Origin: an uncultured Pelagibacteraceae bacterium
GTDB lineage: Bacteria > Pseudomonadota > Alphaproteobacteria > Pelagibacterales > Pelagibacteraceae
DNA length: 64,000 nucleotides
Assembly: GCA_902618695.1 (NCBI GenBank)
Contig: CACNCB010000003.1
Span: forward strand, 17,790-81,789
Reading direction: 5' to 3'
Part shown: piece by piece, positions 63,947 to 64,000 of the stretch
How positions within the stretch are numbered: the stretch's first letter is position 1
Layout: the number at the start of each line of letters is the position of its first letter
Notes under the pieces: model-generated
Told to the model about the DNA's origin: nothing
What the model saw: the letters and a program-made list of their open reading frames with translations, nothing else
Database searches by the model: none
Position numbers and translations under genes: made by a program

Positions 63947-64000
63947 GTTTTCCAGTAAAACTATTTACCAAAATTACACCTATAACAATTAAAAACAAAC
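63939..64000 (-). CDS. 3' end of a membrane protein, probably an SMR/DMT-family transporter (partial)
   Basis: Manual translation ...LFLIVIGVILVNSFTGKLS* resembles the SMR last helix (LIxxGVxxxN). Confidence 0.5.
   Translation of the reverse strand, partial: LFLIVIGVILVNSFTGKLS

Overview
Very AT-rich, extremely gene-dense 64 kb segment of an alphaproteobacterial core chromosome. The low GC, tiny or overlapping intergenic spacers, Lys/Asn/Ile-rich proteins and gene set point to Candidatus Pelagibacter (SAR11); this assignment is inferred. In order it carries prs-pgeF-midA-lgt, a MarR/OmpR/EnvZ-type (petP-petR-like) module, ilvE, pgsA-uvrC-folB-SDR-uvrB, aatA, trxB, an ELM1-family plus 2OG-Fe(II) oxygenase pair, an Anbu protease divergent from a circularly permuted ATP-grasp ligase, carAB, yqeY-dnaG-rpoD, tRNA-Val(GAC), tRNA-Ile2(CAT), mlaC/mlaA, an amidase, RNase P RNA, a full dcw cluster, lpxC-bamD-ligA, pepP, uvrD, fumC, nadCA, tRNA-Leu(GAG), ygfZ and pyrC. 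I see no CRISPR array, IS element or prophage. The most notable observations are: (1) a rewired divisome locus, with ftsZ directly behind mraZ, a 233-aa half-FtsA lacking the ATPase lobe and FtsZ-binding subdomain 2B, and a MurE-MurF fusion; (2) a two-gene Anbu plus CP-ATP-grasp module without the usual alpha-E and transglutaminase partners, with a 24-bp dyad in its shared promoter; (3) a tRNA-Val with a non-canonical, apparently compensated D-loop/T-loop elbow; (4) an unannotated 48-aa membrane microprotein translationally coupled inside the pteridine reductase-folB operon; (5) nadA-nadC without nadB. All product calls come from recognising motifs by eye, not from database searches.
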